DNA from: Patescibacteria group bacterium
Lineage (GTDB): Bacteria; Patescibacteriota; Microgenomatia; UBA10105; UBA927
Reading direction: 5' to 3'
Assembly: GCA_023379025.1 (NCBI GenBank)
Contig: JAMCTH010000010.1
Coordinates: 9,088 to 73,087 of the forward strand
DNA length: 64,000 nucleotides
Each line of letters starts with the position of its first letter. The first letter of the stretch is position 1. The position numbers and the translations under genes are program-made. The notes beneath the pieces are model-generated. The model was given only the letters and a program-made list of their open reading frames with translations. It did not search any database and was not told the DNA's origin. Positions 27,985 to 36,940 of this stretch are shown one piece after another.

Positions 27985-29523
27985 TTACGTTTCGCTGTAT
28001 CCCGGGAAAAAGTCCGTTTTCACCTGAAGTTTAGGGACTCCCATGGAAGAAAGGGTGTGTTCAAAATTTTCTACCATAAGCTGCGGCCCCGAAAGGTAAT
28101 AGGTCCGCCGCTGCCAGTCAGGAACCGCGCGTTTTACCATCTCAGGAGTTACCCGGCCCCGCTCCCCCTTCCAGTCGGCCGGTATTGACGCCGTATCCGT
28201 CAGGGTATAGACGGTCCTGATTCCGACGGAACTGCCGGCATCAAAGATATCCCTGTAGGCGATGTCCGTATGTTTACGGTTTGCATAGAGAAGGACGATA
28301 TCGCGGCGTTCCCTCCTGTCCACCAGATATTTGATCATGCTCCGGAACGGCACCACACCAATCCCGCCCGCAACAAAGACAAGCGGTATTGAGGGATCCT
28401 TAGGCAGCACGAAGTCTCCGGCAACCTGCGCCGCGATGATATGTGCTCCCGGCAATAATCCGGCGAGCGTCCGCTTGTAGGTACTGGGAGGCGTATAAAA
28501 CTTCACGCCGATTGCAAGGTCTCCCTCCGTCGGCGAGGAAGCGAGGCTGAAATAACGCCGGACACCACGGCTGTCGGGTCTCCAGTGCGGCAGTGTCCAT
28601 TCCATATACTGTCCCGGCTCATACCGGAATCCCGGGGGCTTGGCGAAACTCATGGCAAGCGTATCCGGAGTCAGGAGTTTCCTTACGGCGACGGCAAGAT
28701 CCAGACGATAATTGGGACTCATAACATAGGAGAGGATATTGCCGACCGAAAGCGCAAGTTCCGGCGTGAGCGCTATGCCTATTCTCAGTACCGGGGTTGC
28801 GGCAAGGAGGGCAACGACGCCGGCATAGATATCCCGGTGGCGCGCCGTGGTCGGCGACGTCAGGGGCTCCGTCAGCATGACCAACCCGAGAAAGAGAAAT
28901 GCGGACCGGAGGATTGTCGTCTGCCACGTTGTGAAAACGGTGAGGAGCGATCCCGTACGCAGAAGGCTCGCAAGAGCAACGGCGATAAGGTACACCAGCG
29001 CATAGACGGCGACCATCCGCTCCCGTTCGATTTTTCGGACCAGAAGATAGCCGCCGAGAAGGACAAATGGAGCAAGAAATGGCGTCCCCACCCACCATGT
29101 GGCGGCTTTGCCGGTAAGGAGAGCAAGAGCCGCTACCGATGCACCCGCCGGATTAAAAATATGATGCTTGTCTATCGTCGGCAGGTACTTGACCGCCATG
29201 GCAAAAATGCATGAAGAGACGAGAAAGCCGGCATGCTCCGGATACCCGAACGGAACGATCAGAGAAAGGATAAGTGCCGTAATAAAAACGGATTCGGTAT
29301 TGGTCACCGCTCCGAAGAGGCGCGCAAACACCATATTTACCGGTACCGATACGATGACGGCAAGGAGCGCTCCGATGGCGATATCGAGAGGATTATACGG
29401 CAGAAAACCCGCGGCACTCCCCCCGATGGCAATAGCGAGTAAACCAATGAGGTAATAGAGCGTCAACCGGTACATCGTAATCCGGTTGAGATAGCGATCA
29501 AGAAATTCCATCATATACATCAT
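27985..29523 (-). CDS. membrane oxidoreductase: polytopic N-domain (RnfD/NqrB-like?) fused to FNR-type FAD/NAD(P)H module
   Basis: 512 aa. Roughly 300 aa with 8-10 TM helices (HIFNPAG motif), then RRYFSLAS (RxYS FAD motif), GGIGVVPF (NAD(P)H Gly-rich motif), and C-terminal YLSGP. 4-nt overlap with ApbE. Confidence 0.8.
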   Translation of the reverse strand: MMYMMEFLDRYLNRITMYRLTLYYLIGLLAIAIGGSAAGFLPYNPLDIAIGALLAVIVSVPVNMVFARLFGAVTNTESVFITALILSLIVPFGYPEHAGFLVSSCIFAMAVKYLPTIDKHHIFNPAGASVAALALLTGKAATWWVGTPFLAPFVLLGGYLLVRKIERERMVAVYALVYLIAVALASLLRTGSLLTVFTTWQTTILRSAFLFLGLVMLTEPLTSPTTARHRDIYAGVVALLAATPVLRIGIALTPELALSVGNILSYVMSPNYRLDLAVAVRKLLTPDTLAMSFAKPPGFRYEPGQYMEWTLPHWRPDSRGVRRYFSLASSPTEGDLAIGVKFYTPPSTYKRTLAGLLPGAHIIAAQVAGDFVLPKDPSIPLVFVAGGIGVVPFRSMIKYLVDRRERRDIVLLYANRKHTDIAYRDIFDAGSSVGIRTVYTLTDTASIPADWKGERGRVTPEMVKRAVPDWQRRTYYLSGPQLMVENFEHTLSSMGVPKLQVKTDFFPGYSET

Positions 29524-30266
29524 TCTGCCATGACATACCTGTCAAATCCGCTGGTCCAGGAAGCCTGCTTGTCGTGCCCGACCATATAGGCCTCGCAGCC
29601 GGAAACGCGCTCAATAAATGCCAGTCCTCCTTTCCCCATGGCAAAAGCCGCGGTTGCAAACCGGTCTGCTTCGTAGATATCCGATCCGATCACGGTAATG
29701 CTCATAATATCCGCCGCGGTTTGTCCGGTTTTGGGATTATAAATGTGCCCCTTCCTGATATACTGACCGGACGTCGCGACCCCTTCTCCGTTGCCGAGAA
29801 CCAGAACTTTTATCAGTTCTTTCCGGTTAAACGGATTTTCTATACCGATGCGCCAAGGCTCATCCGTGCAGTTTCTTCCGGACACCTGGCTGTCACCGGC
29901 GATCGTCACGGCAAAATTCAGGAGGTACCGCCCCCGGAGAAGCCGTGCCGCTTCAAGGATAGCCCATCCTTTCACGATACCGGAAGGGTCGATGATTCCG
30001 TCGTGGCGGATATCGAAATACCCATGGGTTACGCGTTTGGTTTCCTCCGACAGATCCAGAATCTTTTTCATGGCATCCGACGCATTTCTGAGCGAACGTT
30101 TACCCCGGTTGATTTCGGAAATTTCGCTTTCCTTTTTATAGGTGCTGAACCGAAGGTCGATATCATCAAGTAGACCAAATACCGCTCCCGCATCATGAGC
30201 AGTCGCCCACGGATCGACGAGTTCAACGCTCACCGGCATACCCATGATGTCTCTTCGGTATTTCAT
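29520..30266 (-). CDS. ApbE-family FAD:protein FMN transferase (short form, no signal peptide)
   Basis: 248 aa. N-terminus IMGMPVSVEL (the conserved MGT start of the ApbE fold) and the ATSGQYIR region. No lipobox or signal peptide upstream. Confidence 0.8.
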   Translation of the reverse strand: MKYRRDIMGMPVSVELVDPWATAHDAGAVFGLLDDIDLRFSTYKKESEISEINRGKRSLRNASDAMKKILDLSEETKRVTHGYFDIRHDGIIDPSGIVKGWAILEAARLLRGRYLLNFAVTIAGDSQVSGRNCTDEPWRIGIENPFNRKELIKVLVLGNGEGVATSGQYIRKGHIYNPKTGQTAADIMSITVIGSDIYEADRFATAAFAMGKGGLAFIERVSGCEAYMVGHDKQASWTSGFDRYVMAE

Positions 30267-30270
30267 AAGA

Positions 30271-30795
30271 TCAGACGGCCTGAGACAGGGCGCTTCCGAG
30301 TGACTCCCGGAATGCGGCGCTCGAATCCGAGGCTCCGGAGACGATGTCCACCTGCGCGCTCTGCGCCTGTATTGCTTCCGAACGGAGGATGGGCAAAGCC
30401 TGGCTGTTTATGTAAAGCGAGGTCTGGTTATCGTTCGGGTACTGAAGAAACTGCACGTCAGTGATACTGCCGTTCCGGATGACCGCCCGAACCTGGATAT
30501 TACCATAGTAAGCATCGGCCACACTTCCGGTATACGTGCCGTCTTTGTATTTTCCCCGCGGCTGGGACGGGGCCGGGGTTGCCGCCGGCGGGGGTGTCGG
30601 GGCGGGTGTGAGTGTCGCAGGCATATCCGGAAATCCCGCGGGGGGTAAACCACCCGGTCCGGAAACCGGCGGCAGGGATCCCGCTACCTCCCGGCTTCCC
30701 GTTCCCTGCTCTAAACTTTTCACCCAGACCAGAAGTCCGAAGGCACCAAGTACCACGGTGATCTGCAGATATTTTTTCAGTTGATCCATAGGCAC
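30271..30795 (-). CDS. membrane-anchored FMN-binding domain protein (flavinylation substrate)
   Basis: 174 aa. TM anchor (LQITVVLGAFGLLVWV), Pro-rich linker, FMN_bind-like domain with DIVSGASDSS at the position of the [D]xxSGA[T/S] flavinylation motif. 4-nt gap to ApbE. Confidence 0.75.
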   Translation of the reverse strand: MPMDQLKKYLQITVVLGAFGLLVWVKSLEQGTGSREVAGSLPPVSGPGGLPPAGFPDMPATLTPAPTPPPAATPAPSQPRGKYKDGTYTGSVADAYYGNIQVRAVIRNGSITDVQFLQYPNDNQTSLYINSQALPILRSEAIQAQSAQVDIVSGASDSSAAFRESLGSALSQAV

Positions 30796-30820
30796 AGTCT
30801 ACGGAAGCCGGATGAAGAGA

Positions 30821-31852
30821 TCATGAATTACGGCTCTTCGGCAATCTGATTGTGATCGTTGTTCCTTTCGCCGGAGCGCTTTGTACGGCTATATCCCCGC
30901 CGTGCTCCCGGACAATGGCCTGGGCTATGGGCAATCCGAGACCGGATCCTCCGTCGGCATTTTTCGTTCTGCTTTTTTCTCCCCGGTAAAACCGGTTAAA
31001 GATAAACGGAAGCTGGTCACCGGGAATACCCGTTCCGGTATCCGCAATGGTCACGGTCACGTGTCCGTCCCGGCTTACGGCATCAACTGTGACCGAACCC
31101 CCGTTGTCGGTGTAGTCAATCGCGTTTTTTATGACATTGGTAAACGCGGACAAAAGCTCTTCCCGGTTGCCGTTTACCGACAGTTTGCCGGATCCGGCTG
31201 ATCCGCGAAGCGCCACGTGCCGTTTTTTTGCGTACGGCAGAAGCCTCGCCGTAGCGTCATGAAGTACTAACGAAACGTCCAGGCGTTTCGTAACGGGAGG
31301 AGCCTCCCGGTTGTCAAGACGCGACAGAAGAAGAAGCTCGTTGACGAGTCCGGCCATACGGTTTACTTCTTCGAGGTTGCTCACCAGGTTTTGCCGGTGC
31401 ATGGGCTCGGATTCTTTTTTCCCCGCAAGCTCCACTTCTATGTTGGTTTTGAGGACCGCAAGCGGTGTCCGAAGCTCATGGGAAGCGTCGCTTAAAAACT
31501 GTTTCTGTTGCTCGAGCGTTTCCCGTATCGGGGTAAGGGTCTTGCCGGCAAGCACAAACCCGAGACCGCCGGCCAGGATGAGGATGCCGGCATCGAGCAC
31601 AAACAATACCGTATGCATCTGGTCCTCCGCCTCCTGGACAAACAGGAATTCCTCCTCGTCGCTCCGGGCAAAGCGGTGTGCCGTGGTTCTGATGTTTCTG
31701 CCGAAAGCAACGATTATCGCCTGGCTGAAAATAAAGAGAATAACCGCGATGATCGCGATATAGATGACGGTCAGTCTGAAGCGGGCCTTTTCGAAAAGGT
31801 TAGTCCGTATAGCGGTAGCCCATGCCCCGAACGGTTTGGAGATATCCGGCAT
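30821..31852 (-). CDS. sensor histidine kinase
   Basis: 343 aa. Two TM helices, HisKA H-box SHELRTPL, and HATPase N/G boxes (NAIDYT, DTGTGIP, GGSGLGL). Confidence 0.9.
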   Translation of the reverse strand: MPDISKPFGAWATAIRTNLFEKARFRLTVIYIAIIAVILFIFSQAIIVAFGRNIRTTAHRFARSDEEEFLFVQEAEDQMHTVLFVLDAGILILAGGLGFVLAGKTLTPIRETLEQQKQFLSDASHELRTPLAVLKTNIEVELAGKKESEPMHRQNLVSNLEEVNRMAGLVNELLLLSRLDNREAPPVTKRLDVSLVLHDATARLLPYAKKRHVALRGSAGSGKLSVNGNREELLSAFTNVIKNAIDYTDNGGSVTVDAVSRDGHVTVTIADTGTGIPGDQLPFIFNRFYRGEKSRTKNADGGSGLGLPIAQAIVREHGGDIAVQSAPAKGTTITIRLPKSRNS

Positions 31853-32465
31853 ATGCTCCTTTCAGTTTCTTCCTCAAATTTTTGACATGCGCGTCGACGG
31901 TGTTGCTGAAGGTATCCGCAGCCATATCCCATACATGGTCCAGGATCTGCTCCCGGGTCAGGACGGTGTTTTTATTGCGGAGGAAATACTCGAGAAGCTG
32001 GAACTCCCGGCGCGTCAGGCTTACTTCCGATCTGCCGATCTGCACGGTCTGGGCAGCCGTATCAAGCGTCAGTTCATGACTTTTCAGGACTGCCGGGAGC
32101 ACTGTCTTGGGGCGTCGGAGGAGCGCACGTACCCGGGCAAGGAGTTCCGTAAAGGCAAACGGTTTGATGAGATAGTCATCAGCACCGCTATCGAGCCCCA
32201 CAACCTTATCCTCCAGTGCATCCTTGGCAGTCAGAAATAGAATAGGTACATGCACGCCGGCATGACGGAGGTCCGTACAAACCGTCAGGCCGTCTTTTTT
32301 GGGAAGGAGGATATCGAGTATGACCAGGTCATAATCCTGATTCTTTGCAAACAGCTCTCCTTCTTCGCCGTCAAATGCACTGTCGACGGCATAGCCTTTC
32401 TGTTCCAGCCCTTTTTTGATAGAGAAGTTGAGTTTCGCTTCATCCTCAACGAGAAGCAGTCTCAT
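31800..32465 (-). CDS. OmpR-family response regulator
   Basis: 221 aa. Receiver domain (LLVEDE, D at about 52 DLVILDILLP, K at about 102) and a winged-helix trans_reg_C domain. Confidence 0.9.
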   Translation of the reverse strand: MRLLLVEDEAKLNFSIKKGLEQKGYAVDSAFDGEEGELFAKNQDYDLVILDILLPKKDGLTVCTDLRHAGVHVPILFLTAKDALEDKVVGLDSGADDYLIKPFAFTELLARVRALLRRPKTVLPAVLKSHELTLDTAAQTVQIGRSEVSLTRREFQLLEYFLRNKNTVLTREQILDHVWDMAADTFSNTVDAHVKNLRKKLKGAYAGYLQTVRGMGYRYTD

Positions 32466-32511
32466 GAGGGTATTGTACTCCGCTCTGATGAAGGTTTCAT
32501 GAACTATTACA

Positions 32512-33087
32512 TTACTTCAGGTATCGGCCAAAAAACCGGATGCTTCTCTCCATAGCCAGGGAAAATCCCTGGGAAATATTATGGTCCGATCCCGGATATT
32601 CATAAAACTCCACGGTTTTGCCTGCCGCTTTCAGCCGGTCCCGGAGGCCCTCGGAAAAGGCGACCGGCACCTCCTCGTCCGCGCCTCCGGCATCAAGCTG
32701 GACAGGCGCCGTGATGTCGGCAACATACGCCGTCGGGTCGATGCTGTTCCAAAAGGCAGGGTTTGCCGACCTGGTTTTCCTTCCGAATTGCCGTGTCCCC
32801 GGTAGTCGGGCTTAAACACGATGTATCCGGAACGGGCAAATGCGGCAACGTAGGCAACATACCGCTCGGTCGTCCTGTATTCCTCGGGCGGAATATATCC
32901 GTGATTGAAGACGATGACCGGCCATCCGCGCGGAGGCTTCTCAGCACGCATGGAGGCAACGGAAAGCGAACCCGGCGCGGAAGTCGACGGAGGTGTCGGT
33001 TTCCCTCCAGCGATCCTGTTTGAGAACAACCCAACCGGTACAGCCGGCAATACTGACGAGCAAGATGAGGAAGGCCCATTTTTTCAT
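32512..33087 (-). pseudogene. decayed lipoprotein alpha/beta-hydrolase (dienelactone-hydrolase/S9-like), two or more frameshifts plus internal deletion
   Basis: Three minus-strand frames carry successive pieces. Frame a: lipoprotein signal MKKWAFLILLVSIAGC. Frame b: PVIVFNHGY...YIVFKPDYRGHGNSEGKP. Frame c: ANPAFWNSIDPTAYVADITAPVQLDAGGADEEVPV...FYEYPGSDHNISQGFSLAMERSIRFFGRYLK-stop. The GxSxG nucleophile-elbow segment between b and c is missing. Confidence 0.7.
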
Positions 33088-33142
33088 AGTTCCCGGTCGG
33101 GATTGACAACGGCGTGAACTTCAGAAACAATAGAAGTACGGT

Positions 33143-33535
33143 ATGCGGAAAAAAGGAAACAGCACCCATTATATCATCGTAAGTGTTCTCCTTATCATCA
33201 TGGCTATCGCGGCAACGGCGGTCGTCAACCGGGCTAAATCTCCGGAAACGAATACGACCGATATCCGGGCAAAGGCGAGCGCAGTGAGCACCCTCAAACT
33301 TACGGCTACCGTTACAGAAGTCAATGCGACCCAGGGTACGTTTACCATAGAAAATACCCGATTTGCGGATAACGCCGAAGGCGCGGATCTCGGTACCTGG
33401 ACCGTAACCCCGCCGCCGCTCTATACTCTCGCGACACTTTCTCCGGGCAGCCGGGTGACGATCACGTTTGATCCGCAATCGTTTCTTGCCACTCAACATA
33501 CCGTCAGCGCCACTCAGATTACTGTCGGACAGTAA
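33143..33535 (+). CDS. small membrane-anchored/secreted hypothetical protein
   Basis: 130 aa; TM helix (IIVSVLLIIMAIAATAVV) then T/A-rich beta domain. Confidence 0.55.
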   Translation: MRKKGNSTHYIIVSVLLIIMAIAATAVVNRAKSPETNTTDIRAKASAVSTLKLTATVTEVNATQGTFTIENTRFADNAEGADLGTWTVTPPPLYTLATLSPGSRVTITFDPQSFLATQHTVSATQITVGQ

Positions 33536-33539
33536 CCAC

Positions 33540-34370
33540 TTATCGGAGTAAATCCCACGAAACGGACTCACCGGAACCGATACGTCTGTATGCCGTCCCG
33601 CGCATAATATGGATGTTTCCCCGTCCCCTGATCTCCATCTGCTCCTCTACAATACCGACTATGCAGGCCGTCAGTTCATCAATGCCAAGGACCGTCACGT
33701 CAGGAGGCAGGAGAGCCCGCAACCGGCGGAAACGTTCTTTCCCCATCCAGCAACAGGTCGTGTCAAAATCCTCGCCCTCGGCGTTATCCCAGTGCGGGAC
33801 GATGGCCAGTGAAAATCCGTATCTTCCGAAAAAATTTAACCCGCGCATCCAGAAGGGGTCCATGCCGCACTTATAGATTTCATAGACGGGAAGTGCGTAT
33901 GCGCCGATCGCAACGGCTGAAGCAGACCCCAGAGAAAGGGTTGTACCGGAACGGTGTGCTTTCGTCATTTCCCGGTATACCGCGCTGTGGATAAGATGCC
34001 GTACGGTATAACTTGGCGATCCGGCACCGCAGTAGATATAGTCCTGATTGCGGAGAAGATATGCGATTTCCGGATCATTCGTGCTGTTCGGCCCGTCCTT
34101 TCTCCATGCCCGAATCCTCCTGACCCGGGGTTGATAGTTTCGGAGGTGATCCGTAAAAAACTTTTCCGTACGCTCCGGCCAGCTATGGAGTGCATTCACC
34201 TCAAACCCCGTTGGTGTCTCCAAGATCCCGATATTTACCGGAGGCATCAGTCCGGACACGCGAAACAGGTATTCATGGATAGCGCGACCGGTTGCCGTCA
34301 ATTCCCCTGAGCCGAAAAGCACAACTCTGCCGGGTCCATCCGGATGTTTGGATCGGGTTGTTGTCGTCAA
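33540..34370 (-). CDS. peptidase S51 / class I glutamine amidotransferase-like protein
   Basis: 276 aa; VVLFGSGELTATG and LGSASAV segments resemble the cyanophycinase/PepE (S51) fold. Family assignment tentative. Confidence 0.5.
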   Translation of the reverse strand: MTTTTRSKHPDGPGRVVLFGSGELTATGRAIHEYLFRVSGLMPPVNIGILETPTGFEVNALHSWPERTEKFFTDHLRNYQPRVRRIRAWRKDGPNSTNDPEIAYLLRNQDYIYCGAGSPSYTVRHLIHSAVYREMTKAHRSGTTLSLGSASAVAIGAYALPVYEIYKCGMDPFWMRGLNFFGRYGFSLAIVPHWDNAEGEDFDTTCCWMGKERFRRLRALLPPDVTVLGIDELTACIVGIVEEQMEIRGRGNIHIMRGTAYRRIGSGESVSWDLLR

Positions 34371-35857
34371 ATCGTCTTTTTTTTTACGCGGCTCCCCTGA
34401 GGCGTATCTTCGATGGTAAACCCCATTTCCTCCATCCGGGCCCGCACTTCATCCGCTTTCTGAAAATTGTTCGTTTTGCGGTATGCATCACGCTCTTTTT
34501 TGAGCACCGCTATTTCATCCGGCAAATCGCCTACCGGCTCCGGAGCCATGACGTTTCTGAGAGTAAGTCCCAAAACCTCGTCGAAATCGAGGATGAGATC
34601 GTATTTATCCTGCGACGGAATATTGGATTTGGCCACCTCCCGGGTGATCGCAAGAGCCTGCGGAACGTTGAGGTCGTTTTCAAGGGAAGCCCGGAACGCA
34701 GCCTGATAACCTTCGACTTTCGTCAGCTTTTCCTGGGACAGGGTCCTGCGCCTGGCGATCTGGGCCCGGAGATTACCGATCTGCGTACGCAGTTCCGTAA
34801 GGCTCCTTGCAGCCGCGTCAAGCGCCTCCCAGGAAAAGTTGAGGTAGGAGCGGTAGTGCGCCGTAAGATAGAGATACCGGAGCGCCATGGGATCGATACC
34901 GCGCTCTTCTATATCGCCCAGGCGGTAGAAATTGCCGCGGCTTTTGGACATTTTTTCGCCGTTTACCAGGATAAACTGGCCGTGGACCCAAAAACGCACA
35001 TACGGCGATTTGCCGCTCATACTTTCACTCTGGACGATCTCGTTGGTATGGTGAATCGGGATAAGGTCGACACCCCCGGTATGGATGTCTATCTGATCTC
35101 CGAGGTATTTCATCCCCATTGCCGAACACTCGATATGCCATCCGGGAAACCCCACACCCCACGGACTCTCCCACTCCATGTCGCGCCTCTTTGCTCCGGC
35201 AGGGTCAGACCTTGGATGATGAAGGTCTGACCCTTTCAAGATCTTTGGATAGGAAAATTTCCAGAGCGCAAAGTCCGTCGGATGTTTTTTCTCCGGGTTC
35301 ACTTCGACCCGTGCGCCGGCCTTCAGGTCCTCCCGGTTCTGCCCGGCTAACGCGCCGTAATTCTGGACTTTTGACGTGTCAAAATAGATGCCGTCCCCTA
35401 TGGAATAGGCAAACCCCTTCTTGAGAAGCACGGAAACCATCGCGATCTGCTCCGCAATATGTTCGGTCGGCTTGGGGCGGACGTCGGGATCGAGGAGATT
35501 GAGTTTCCGGCTGTCCGAAAGAAACGCTTCGGTATAAAACCTGGCGATATCCCATGCGGTTTTCCCCTCCCGTTTGGCACCTTTTTCCATCTTGTCCTCT
35601 CCGCTGTCGCTGTCAGAGGTGAGGTGCCCGACGTCGGTAATGTTCATCACAAACTTCGTGGTGTAGCCGAGATACCTGAGTGTCCGAACCAGGATGTCCG
35701 TCATGACGTAGGTGCGGAAATTGCCGATATGGGCATAGTCATAGACCGTCGGGCCGCAGGCATAAATCGTCACAAGGTCCTCCCGGAGGGGGGAAAACTC
35801 TTCGACCGTACGGCTTCGCGTGTTATAGAGACTGAGCATGGTTCTATTATGCCACAC
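34367..35857 (-). CDS. cysS: cysteinyl-tRNA synthetase
   Basis: 496 aa. CGPTVYDYAHIGN (HIGH region), Zn-binding Cys residues, KMSKSRGN (KMSKS). A later ATG (MLSLYNTRSR) may be the true start. Confidence 0.92.
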   Translation of the reverse strand: MWHNRTMLSLYNTRSRTVEEFSPLREDLVTIYACGPTVYDYAHIGNFRTYVMTDILVRTLRYLGYTTKFVMNITDVGHLTSDSDSGEDKMEKGAKREGKTAWDIARFYTEAFLSDSRKLNLLDPDVRPKPTEHIAEQIAMVSVLLKKGFAYSIGDGIYFDTSKVQNYGALAGQNREDLKAGARVEVNPEKKHPTDFALWKFSYPKILKGSDLHHPRSDPAGAKRRDMEWESPWGVGFPGWHIECSAMGMKYLGDQIDIHTGGVDLIPIHHTNEIVQSESMSGKSPYVRFWVHGQFILVNGEKMSKSRGNFYRLGDIEERGIDPMALRYLYLTAHYRSYLNFSWEALDAAARSLTELRTQIGNLRAQIARRRTLSQEKLTKVEGYQAAFRASLENDLNVPQALAITREVAKSNIPSQDKYDLILDFDEVLGLTLRNVMAPEPVGDLPDEIAVLKKERDAYRKTNNFQKADEVRARMEEMGFTIEDTPQGSRVKKKTI

Positions 35858-35942
35858 CAGGGGAAGACGGGGCCAGCACCGGAAGGGCAGGTAATCCTTT
35901 GGTTTCTGAGATCTGTGAATTGGAATTTGGGATTTACCCCCT

Positions 35943-36428
35943 CTAGTCCTGCCTCACGTTCCGGCTCATCTCGGCCGATGCCTTCTTGGCCCGGAGACCA
36001 TAGAGGTCGCCTCTTTTCCGTGCAAAACTCATTTTTGGGAGCGTCTGTTTCTTCTCCCTGACCTCCTGCTTTTCCGTCTGCATCAGCTTTTCCTGCTTCT
36101 CTTTCTGAAGCTGTTCCCAGACGGAAAGTTTCTTTTCCGGCGGATTATGCGCTCCGGAAAGATACTCGAGCGCGCTCCGCGCAATCGCCCGTTTGGCTCT
36201 GATATCTTTTTCCGCCATCACGCGGTCAACCGGCGTTTCCGGGGCATGAGCCTTCTCCCCCTGACCCGCCTGAGGCAGATTTCCCTGACCCTGCGTTTTC
36301 TTCCCGCCTCCGGAACCCAGGCTCTCGAGCGCCTTGCCGACAATATCTTTGGGGACCGATGCAGCCTGCTTGACTACGTCTTTCCCGATATCCTCAAATG
36401 ATCCGATAATCTGACGGGGTATTGCCAT
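35943..36428 (-). CDS. hypothetical protein (Lys/Glu/Gln-rich)
   Basis: 161-aa hydrophilic ORF; G-rich segment SLGSGGGKKTQGQGN; coiled-coil-like C-terminal half. Confidence 0.5.
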   Translation of the reverse strand: MAIPRQIIGSFEDIGKDVVKQAASVPKDIVGKALESLGSGGGKKTQGQGNLPQAGQGEKAHAPETPVDRVMAEKDIRAKRAIARSALEYLSGAHNPPEKKLSVWEQLQKEKQEKLMQTEKQEVREKKQTLPKMSFARKRGDLYGLRAKKASAEMSRNVRQD

Positions 36429-36429
36429 A

Positions 36430-36940
36430 GAATATAAATCTCAAATCTCAATGACCAATGACCAATGACCAAGTTAATATGATGACTTAATAATTATCAG
36501 TACTTACGCAGTTATGCTTCGAACGAGGCGCTCCTTAGCGCCGAAGTGAGAAGTTCTCACTTCGTTCGAACAATATCAACATGCGTAAGTCCTGAGGACT
36601 TACGCATAGCATATTGGTTTAGACGGTTGCACCGTCATTCTGGCAAGCGAGTCATCGAGCGCGTCCAGAATCAGATTCCGGAGTCGCTTACGCTCCCCGG
36701 AATGACGAACTGCGTAAGTCGTGAATTATACTCGCGCAAATTTTAATAAGTTCTTCATTCTCACTCAATAATCCATCTATCTGCTGACCGTATGATTTGT
36801 TGAATGAATATATGATTAATCCTATTTTCCGGTAAATCCCGGACAATTCCGACAACTGCAAGAACAAATGTAAATATTCGTCCTTTTAGGTCATATCGCC
36901 GGTTTTTATTGGTCATTGGGATTTAGGTTTTGTGATTTCT
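36430..36940. repeat. about 500-bp AT-rich structured non-coding island bounded by imperfect inverted repeats, with nested perfect palindromes (possible MITE or structured RNA)
   Basis: Left end aaatctcaaatctcaATGACCAATGACCAATGACCaa (36437-36472) against right end ttATTGGTCATTGGgatttaggttttgtgatttc (36907-36939). Internal hairpins at 36517-36570 (ttcgaacga...tcgttcgaa enclosing ggcgctccttagcgcc and gaagtgagaagttctcacttc) and 36581-36607 (atgcgtaagtcc-tga-ggacttacgcat). CTTACGCA/TGCGTAAG recurs at about 36508, 36584 and 36711. Confidence 0.55.

Noticed and set aside
27985-29523. NOX/ferric-reductase-like (bis-heme) identity for the membrane domain of the FNR fusion
   Set aside because: The TM region has only three or four His residues, none as paired HxxxxxxxxxxxxH in adjacent helices, so a bis-heme ferric-reductase domain is unlikely. 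An RnfD/NqrB-like domain remains the better (still unproven) guess.
32631-33571. Track ORFs 32631-33050 (139 aa) and 32693-33571 (292 aa, minus)
   Set aside because: The first is a frame fragment of the decayed alpha/beta-hydrolase pseudogene. The second is an Arg-rich out-of-frame read-through spanning the pseudogene and the antisense of the plus-strand gene 33143-33535.
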